Shown here: positions 55,057 through 64,000 of the stretch, one piece after another
Position numbering within the stretch: position 1 is the stretch's first letter
How the letters are laid out: every line of letters begins with the position of its first letter
DNA from: Octopus vulgaris
Taxonomy: Eukaryota
NCBI GenBank assembly: GCA_951406725.2
Contig: OX597820.1
Coordinates: forward strand, 16,740,001 to 16,804,000
Reading direction: 5' to 3'
DNA length: 64,000 bases
The notes under the pieces: model-generated
The model's input: only the letters and a program-made list of their open reading frames with translations
Told to the model about the DNA's origin: nothing
Databases searched by the model: none
Translations under genes and position numbers: made by a program

Positions 55057-55410
55057 GTATACATATTAAGAAAGAATTCCTTAAAAGTTATTAACTGCGT
55101 TAAAAAATCCTTTTGAAGACAAAATGTCACGAAATTTTTTGAAAGAAATTTTTGTATTGCGTGGATGCACACAATACAAAATCTGTCTTCCCGAAGGGTC
55201 GTAGTATTCTGCTTTTCAAAAAGAAATTTTTTACAGGTGACTTTTAAGAAAATATTGTATCTCAAATACTTTTTGCAAACACATACATACATACATACAT
55301 ACATACATAAATACATACATACACACACACACTCACATATATATATTTAGGTATTTTTTAATATGCTGGCCATTGATAGAATTTTTTTCGAAAAATTTTA
55401 TCCTATATTA

Positions 55411-55469
<59 letters not shown>

Positions 55470-55573
55470 TTCGAGACAAAACCACTATTTTGCAAAACAA
55501 ACAAGGAAAGACTTAATCAATACATAAAAAATTTTAATATAAAGAAATAAACCGCCACTACAATCGTTTCATA

Positions 55574-55692
55574 CCAAATTTACAGGGAAAAAATCAGATT
55601 TAGGATTAAATCAATTTTATAGTAAAATATTATATAATATTTTACTATAAAATTGGATTTAATCCTAAATCTGATTTTTCCTGTAAATTTGG
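55574..55692. repeat. Near-perfect palindrome of about 119 bp inside a TA-flanked insert (55465-55710)
   Basis: CCAAATTTACAGG..TAGTAAAATATTAT|ATAATATTTTACTA..CCTGTAAATTTGG. Confidence 0.92.
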
Positions 55693-55705
55693 AGTTATTC
55701 CCTAA

Positions 55706-55772
<67 letters not shown>

Positions 55773-55890
55773 ATTTCGGAATGGTCATGTATGTATGTAT
55801 GTATGTATGTAAATGTTTGCAAAAAGTACTTGAGATACAATATGTAAATGAATATATATATTCATTCACTTATTTATATGTATGTGTATA

Positions 55891-55924
<34 letters not shown>

Positions 55925-57359
55925 ATCACATGCGCACACACACACATACATACATATATTCATACACACATTTGTAAATATACCTTCATACATACATACA
56001 TACATACATACATACACACATACAGATACATGTCCTGTGACTACTAACGGACAGTTAATACAAGGGAGATAATAATTTCTTAATAATATTTGGCGGGATT
56101 ACATTGACTGAGTCCGAATTGAAACTTTTAATTGAAACATTCAAAATACAGGTTTTCCTCTTTTCCGTTTTTCTTCTTGTGATTTACTCCACTAGCAAAA
56201 AGAACTCATACCTAAGCGAATAATACTTGATATTTATTCAACAAAGATGGAAACCAATATAACGACCTTCTTTTGCCGTAGAAGGTGACACTTATCCATA
56301 ATACCACAACACGTGCCTCACAACCACTCAGCTATACTGTGTCAACAATACATGCTTCTCTCTCACTCCCCTCACTCTATATGTATATTTTTATGCGTAC
56401 AGAAATATACACCTTCAATGTAGCTGACACACGTTGCTTTCCTTACAAAATATACTCCTCTGGTATTTGTCGTGATGGGGTCACCCATAAGTCATTGGGA
56501 GAAGAGCCGATAGATCGACCGTAACACAGCCAAGAAATTCTATCTATATGTCTCTCAAATACATCTGACAAGAACTAGGAATCCACTACTCCCTGTTTGG
56601 TTTCCCGACGTATCCAGTGGGTATGAGAGATGTTTTGGCACTAAGTATCGGGCGTCGTTGATTCGACACTGACTTATTTGACATCAGCCGTTTCAATGTT
56701 TCTCTCTTTAAAATCCCCCCCTCTCTCTCTGTGTTTATGTGTATGCACATATTTCTTTTATGCGTATGAGGAAACGGAGGGCATTTTTGTCAGTCGTGTT
56801 CAATGAATAAATTGTAACTCTGTCTCTCTTTCTCTCTCTCTCCCTTTCTCTGTTTGCGTGTTTGAGCATCAACTCGGGTTTGTATGTATAATGTATCTGT
56901 CTCACTCTCTCTATAAGCGTGTGTAAATTTCAGCATGTATGCATACATGTGTGTATGCGTGTGTGTGAGTGTGTTTGCCTCTAGTGCCAAAAAGTACTAT
57001 CACCAAAACAGGCTGAATCTTCAGTCATCAGCCTCTAAACAGCTGCGCTCTCTCATTCCATTCTGACCCGTTAGCAGCTTAATTAGAAACTAACACATAT
57101 TACTTCCGCAGTATTTTATTTATACACATGCCAATTAACTTAATCGATATTGACTAATTATATCTTAACTTAAAAAAACACAAAATGATACAAATGAACA
57201 ATCTATACTAATTAAAAAAATGTAATCATTTATAGCTTATTTATATCATACACAACTGAAATGGAAATGTAAAGTATAAAAGTGATAACTATGGAATTTG
57301 TTAATTAGCAGAATGAATGATAATTAGCCGAAGGAGGGGAAAAATTATAAGATTCAAGA

Positions 57360-58602
57360 CATGGCTGTGTGGTTAAGAAGTTCATTTTGCAACTACGTAG
57401 TTTCAGGTTCAGTCTCACTGTACGGTACCTTGAGCTGGACACAAAACCGCCTAAAGAGGTTCAACCTGTACTACGAAAATAATCGAACTATTGGAAGGCA
57501 TAAGGAATACCAAACTACATATTGTCCCCTAATATAACTTCGGGTATACTAATGCCTTATGAGTGAATTTTGTTGACGGTAACTGAAAACCAAGGGACAG
57601 AGCAGCTAACTGGAATCGAACCATGTCTCCGCCGAATACCGCGATAACTATTACACCAAAGCTGCTCACCCAATTCCTGTCACTGAATTTAGATGTGTGC
57701 ATGTTTGTGTAACCATGATGTCCCGCTGGCGAAATATTTTTCCCACGAGAGTTCCGGATCCCAGTAAAGAACTCATTTGCATATAACCAATCAGAGCTCA
57801 CCTTGACCATGTCAAGTTACAAAGGTTGGCATCGATCGCTAAATTATGCCTGATTTTAGGAGATAAGTAATTAGATAGATTTGCATCTATACCTATTATC
57901 GGATTTTATTAGGGCCCCCCGTATGATAATGATGTGGATGGGAAAAATATGGGTAGAGGATGATGTGCTAGCAATCCCCTCCTCTTACTGCTTTAAAAAA
58001 TAAACAACACAAATAACTACGCAGGGGCAGCCATGGTTGAAACACGAACAAGAACAACAAGAATTATTAAACGAGAAAAGAAGCATGGTTATTCCTTATC
58101 CAAGTGATCTTGGATAAGGAATGACTCAGCACCCATCACTTGTTATGCGCTCATAAATTAATTTGATAGTTGAGTTTTGATTGGCTGTATGCTAATGAGT
58201 TCATAACTGGGCTCCGGAACTCTCGTGAGAAGAAAATGATGAGCCAGCTGTCTTTATTTGCCTTAATTTGTGAATATACAATTGTATTGTATAATGTTGA
58301 GCAAACATATTAATGCCAACATGTCTGCATTATTCTTCCATATAGAAATAAATACTACATGGATAAGGTTGTGAAACGGCTGCAGCCTCAGAGAAGTTAC
58401 ATCTTTAAAGAAAAACATATATTCACTCCTCATATTTTACGACTGAATGGTTTTGGGGTTTCTTAGCTTGTTGTCAGGACTCTCTTAGCTTAATCGTACC
58501 AAGCACTCAGTCGGAATTTGGGGTTGGATTCTCTGTAGAAGCTTGATGGTCAATTTCTAACGGCAGTGCCCCAGCATGGCCGCAGGTCTCAAGTTGAAAC
58601 TA

Positions 58603-58605
<3 letters not shown>
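57360..58605 (+). mobile_element. Old SINE family A in three pieces (57360-57434, 57530-57590, 58558-58605)
   Basis: Collinear head, middle and tail motifs separated by foreign sequence. Confidence 0.6.
57741..58230. repeat. 60-bp inverted repeat pair (57741-57800 / 58171-58230)
   Basis: CACGAGAGTTCCGGA..ACTCATTTGCATATAACCAATCAGAGCTCA versus its diverged reverse complement. Confidence 0.85.
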
Positions 58606-58637
<32 letters not shown>

Positions 58638-60022
58638 ATATATATAAAAATATGTGTGAGTATTTGTGCACGTGTGTGTGTGTGTGCGTGCGTATGTGTG
58701 TGTATATGTGTGTGTGACTCTCTGTGTGCATACATAAATACACACACACACACGCACACACACATATACCTATATATATATATATATATATATATAATGT
58801 ATTTAAACATAAATAAAATTTAAAATTCCTATGCGTATTTAAAATATATTATTCCTGGACATAATTTGATAAAGTATCAAACAAACATTTTGTTTATAAT
58901 TAAATGAAATATAAACATTGTAATTTAAACACAGAGAAAAGGTTATTAACCTCAGGGAACAATATTACCTGATACACAAGAAAAAATAAATATTTAATAA
59001 GATATAAGATATTCCGGATCTTTTCTGTTTGGTTGTCACTTTTCAACTTCTTCAATTTCTGTTCTAATTGATTTCATATTTGGTGTAATGATATAGTTTC
59101 GTATACTAACCGTTGCCATGAAATTCATTTTCGCAATAAATCAATAAAGAGTTATTAGCTTTTAACCCATTTTAACCCAGGTTAACTCTGTCGAAATTTT
59201 GAAGATAGTTATATAAGCAGGGATAACAAATATACGGAAGTGTCCAGTTAACCTTGCAGTAAATAAACCGAATGCAAATGTCCTCCTCTTCCTCCTGCTC
59301 CTCCTTCTCCTGCTCCTCCTCCTCCTCGTCCTGCTCATTGTCCTGCTCCTCGTCCTGCTCCTCCTGCTCCCTGCTGCCCCTCCTGCTCCTCCTGCTGCCC
59401 CTCCTCCTCCCTCTCTCTATATATACACGCATATACGTATATGAAGTTTGACTTTTAAGTTTAAGCGTAACGAAGACGCACGAAATATATATATATATAT
59501 ATAATATGTATACACACACACACACACACATATATATATGTACATAGTCTGTGTGTGTATGTGTGTGTGTATGTGTGTGTGTGTGTGTATGTGTATGTAT
59601 ACAATTTCAATCTAAGGAATAGTTTTGAAAATTTCCAATTCCAACTAGCTTCACATAAGCTGTCAAAAGAGTCAACACCAAAAGGGCAACCGAAAATAAA
59701 GTAGAGCACTAATTGAACAGTTGTTTCTGATAAAACAAATTCCCTTCATCTTCCTAATATATCGAGATATTTACAAACGTTGGTTCAAAAGGCTTACTTT
59801 ATTATTAAAAAAAAAATCAAAAACAAATGTTTAGATCAACTTCGAATACAAATTTACCAAATTAAGTATATAAATCGGAGCAATGAAAACATGCAAATCT
59901 TTTCAAAACCTTAGCGTTTGTCATCATATGTTTACCGTTGTCGCAATTTCAACAAAGGAAGTAATGTTTCTTAGATACCGGTAGTCCTTAATTTGTCCAC
60001 ATACATATATGTATAGTACACA

Positions 60023-60064
<42 letters not shown>

Positions 60065-60221
60065 TACACATACATACACACACAAATATATATATATATA
60101 TATGTATATAAATATATCAATAAATCTATATATCTAATCTATATAAATATCTATATCTATCTCTCTCTATATATATATACATACAAACATACATACATAC
60201 ATACATACATACATACATACA

Positions 60222-60257
<36 letters not shown>

Positions 60258-60296
60258 TATATAATATATATATATCTACCTATCTATCCATCCATC

Positions 60297-60327
<31 letters not shown>

Positions 60328-60378
60328 GTGTATATAAATATATCTATAAATCTATATATCTATATCTATATCTATGTA

Positions 60379-60485
<107 letters not shown>

Positions 60486-60647
60486 TTGTATTTACTCAGA
60501 GAAGATAAGCACACAATGAATTTTAAAGTAAAATGTCTTTTGCTTTTGCATCTTGGTTCAAGGCAAAACCTTTGTTTCCCAAACAAGTTTGTTATTGCCC
60601 TCTCTTCCTTTTCTCCTTCTCTCCTCCTCCCCCTCTCTCCCCCTCTG

Positions 60648-60681
<34 letters not shown>

Positions 60682-61014
60682 CACTTTTATCGCACTTCTC
60701 TCTTCCTTCCTTTCTAACTTCTAAGCTAGAATTATTTTCTTACTCGACGGAATTTCGGTGTATTTGATCAGCTATATAAACAGAATAGACTATTAAATGG
60801 CGGTGTTAGAGGCGTTGGTATAGATTCTGATATCCACGTGGGTCTTACAAAGCGACGGCGACAACGTAGACGATGATAACAACGGAGTATATCTCAGTAC
60901 AGACTTATTCAACTATTGTTTATAAGGATGTTCTGGTGTTATTGAGATGATGAAGATAGTTATGAGGCAACCGTATTAGAGATATTTGTAGTACTACGAA
61001 TTGAAGAGGAAGTA

Positions 61015-61574
61015 TTGGGTTGTCCGGAAAGTTCGTGCCGATCTTTAAAGGAAAGAAAAAGGTCAATAAATACTTGCCGTTACCCAAGCTTTACCAGGTA
61101 CTCATGAACGACGGATTTTGATAGGTTGAGGCTTTCTGCCAATTCTCGGGTTGTGCAATGTGCGTTATCTCAATTAATGACTTGATCTGTAGTGGATGGT
61201 CTGTCTGATCGCTCTTTATCAATAAGGCTACAATCTCCAGCTCGGAACCTTGCGAACCACTTCCGTACAGTTCTTTCGGATAAAGAAACATCACCGCAAT
61301 CTGCGCATATTTCCTTGGTTGCTTGTGAGGCATTTTTCTCTTTACGGAAAAAGAAAAGCATCAAGTGGCGAAAATGAACTTTCTTATTTTCCATTTTAAA
61401 GGGTTACAGAATTAACACAGGTTATAGGAACATAAACCTTTTTCCACGAAAAGAGCTTAAACTGTGCTCTAAATGGAGGTGTAGTCAAATTCTATTGTAT
61501 GGTCTCAAACATGTTCTAAAACAAGTCGAAAGGTAAGCTACTATAAATCGGCACGAACTTTCCGGACAACCCAA
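61015..61574 (-). mobile_element. Internally deleted mariner, 560 bp
   Basis: Perfect 28-bp TIRs TTGGGTTGTCCGGAAAGTTCGTGCCGAT with TA flanks. Confidence 0.95.
61080..61394 (-). pseudogene. Mariner transposase N-terminal DNA-binding region only
   Basis: MENKKVHFRHLMLFFFRKEKNASQATKEIC..ERTVRKWFARFRAG..RSDRPST; second HTH HCTTRELAESLNLSKSVVHEYLVKLG in another frame. Confidence 0.88.
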
Positions 61575-61591
61575 TAATATAACAAGTTAGT

Positions 61592-61805
61592 AAGCTGGTG
61601 AGTTAGCAGAATCGTTAACACGCCGGGCAAAATACTCAGCGATATTTCGTCCGTCTTTATGTTCTGAGTTCAAATTCTGCCGAGGTCGACTTTGCCTTTC
61701 ATCCTTTCGGGATTGATTAAATTAGTACCAGTTATGCACTGGGGTCGATGCAATCGATTTACTCCCACCCCTGAAATTACTGGCCTTGCGCCAAAATTTG
61801 AAAAC
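61592..61805 (+). mobile_element. SINE family B monomer
   Basis: GCAGAATCGTTAACACGCCGGG..GAGGTCGACTTTGCCTTTCATCC. Confidence 0.9.
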
Positions 61806-62084
61806 AGCATAACAAATTACTAATTAATGTTACTCATTACCTTTCCTACTTACAAGTAGTCATGTTAAGGGCTCATATTCACTATAGTAAAAAGGGAAGT
61901 TATCGGTTATGATAAATTCTTGTTAGAATTTGCTTTAGACATGGAACAGATAAAGTCTGACTCCAAAGCACCAGCAGCACGAATTGAGATACTGAGGTCA
62001 CCAAGGTCAACTGTAATGAACGACCATAAAGACAAGAGTTTCCATGGTCAATATTTTCGTGAGCTGGACATCCACTTCATAAAA

Positions 62085-62234
62085 ATGGCTGTGTGGTAAG
62101 AAGCTTGCTTTCCAGCCTTATGGTTCTGGGTTCAGTCTCGTCGCATTGCGTGGCATCTTGAGCAAGTATCTTCTACTCTAGCCTTGGGCCGACCAAAGCC
62201 TTGAGTGGAAACTGAAAGAAGCCTGTCGTGTCCA

Positions 62235-62328
<94 letters not shown>

Positions 62329-62501
62329 AAGAAAAGGGAGGCAGTCAGGATTTTGGATAATTCTTTATTAGCGCTTTCGTTCGTTTAAACGGAATTCGGT
62401 TAAACGAACGAAAGCGCTAATAACGAATTATCCAAAATTCTGACTGCCTCCTTTTTCTTAATATACAATATCTGTACACTACACCAAACACACACACACA
62501 C

Positions 62502-62590
<89 letters not shown>

Positions 62591-62900
62591 CTCTCTCTCT
62601 CTCTCTCTCTCCCCACACACACACTCTCTCTCTCTCTACACACAGAATTCAAGTTTACAGTAAACAAAAGACGAAGACAGGTGTATATATCTCTCTACGT
62701 GTGCGTTTCTCTGTGTATGTGTTTGTTCTTCACCACCTCTTGACAACCGGTGTTGGTGTGTTTACGTTCCCGAAAATTAGCGGTTCGGCAAAAAAGACCG
62801 ATAGGCTTAAAAAAAGTCCTGGGGTAGATTTGTTCTACTGAAAGTTCTTCGAGGCGGTACCCCAGCATGGCCGCAGTTAAATAACTGAAACAAGTAAAAC
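62085..62900 (+). mobile_element. SINE family A split (head 62085-62230, tail 62700-62900) around inserted material
   Basis: Collinear halves. Confidence 0.75.
62327..62461. repeat. Near-perfect 135-bp palindrome bounded by TTAA
   Basis: TTAAGAAAAGGGAGGCAGTCAG..TTCGTTCGTTTAA / TTAAACGAACGAA..CTGACTGCCTCCTTTTTCTTAA. Confidence 0.93.
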
Positions 62901-63020
62901 AAAAAACCAAAACGCGCATAAATCCATCTTGAATGTTCAGATGTTACGATTGTTGCTTTGAATAACTAAATCCATCGTGCTCCCTTCGTTATCTATTTCA
63001 CTGGCTCTTGGCCCGTGAAG

Positions 63021-63333
63021 GCACGTGGCTTAGTGGTTAAGGTATTCGGCTCACGACCTTAGGGTCATGAGTTCGATTCCCAACGGCGCGATGTGTCCTT
63101 GAGTAAAACACTTTATTTCACTTTCCTCTGATCTACTCAGCTGGCAAAAATGAGTAGTACCTGTTTTTCAAAGGAGTCAGCCTTGTAATAGTCTGTGTCA
63201 CACTGAATCTCCCTCAGAACTACATTAAGGGCACACATGTCTGTGGAGTCCTCAGCCACCTGCACGTTAATTTTCCGAGCAGGCTGTTCCGTTGATCGTA
63301 TCAACTGGAACCGTAGTCGTCGTAACCGACGGG
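63021..63333 (+). mobile_element. SINE head D plus tail-1
   Basis: GTGGCTTAGTGGTT..GAGTTCGATTCCC..GTCGTAACCGACGG. Confidence 0.88.
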
Positions 63334-63533
63334 TTGACACAGATATATATGCTCTTAGCCAAGTATTGAGTTGTTTATTTTTATTTCTTTCTTATATTGT
63401 TCTAGAACTAGTTTTGATTTCAACTCAAATTATTTGTTCTGTTCAAAGACTCTTTGTTGCTTTTCATTACGAGTAATCCATTGCCATTAGCAAGTATCTC
63501 TTTTTTTTATGCAGTCTTTGATTTCAGGCGCTT

Positions 63534-63580
<47 letters not shown>

Positions 63581-63679
63581 TAGAAATAGATTTATATCAT
63601 TTATTTCTTTCCGCTTTGTAATTATGTCTTTCCGTCGTTCAATTATATCGTTCTGTTGATGCTAATTTCGTCGCCATGT

Positions 63680-64000
63680 TACTGGCAAAATCGATAGACC
63701 ATCGGAACAAATGCTATGTGTTATTTGTGCTGGCGCTTTACATTCTGAGTTCAAATTCTATCATGGTCAAACACTGGGACCGATGTAGTTAACTGACCCC
63801 TTTCTCCTAAAATTGCTGGCGTTGAGCCCAAGTTTGAAACCATTATTATTGTTATTATCATTACTGATTCCTGTTGCTATTTCTTCCTCATAAAAATGTT
63901 TCTTCCTTGTAAGAGTCAACCCTGTCGAAACTTGAACTCAGAGCGTAAAGACGGATGAAACATCGGTAACTATTTCGTCCGCCGTACTAACGGTTCTGTC
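63680..64000. mobile_element. Degenerate family B SINE pieces (plus 63680-63840; minus 63915-64000)
   Basis: TTCTGAGTTCAAATTC on plus; TTGAACTCAGAGCGTAAAGACGG as reverse copy. Confidence 0.65.

Overview
Eukaryotic, very AT-rich, repeat-saturated non-coding DNA (intergenic or intronic). The microsatellite load and SINE families resemble an octopus/coleoid cephalopod genome; this is an inference, not a database match. I see no intact host gene, and nearly all listed ORFs are translations of microsatellites or SINEs. Supported content: (1) about 30 tRNA-derived SINE copies built from exchangeable heads and tails, including 184-bp concatemers; (2) four mariner (DD34D) relics, three with both TIRs; (3) five non-autonomous Helitrons; (4) an RTE-clade RT fragment; (5) a nest of R4/Dong-like retrotransposon pieces, all in (TAA)n tracts at 38-47 kb; (6) small TA-embedded modules carrying type I hammerhead ribozymes and/or long palindromes, probably Penelope-like element remnants. 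Best leads: two canonical hammerheads (11842-11913 minus, 49994-50097 plus), a recurring hammerhead-shaped variant family, the TAA-targeted nest with a bipartite deleted element and an inverted pair of a 555-bp orphan element, and TSD-bounded SINE dimers and chimeras. SINE family labels (A-D, tails 1-3) are my own working names.
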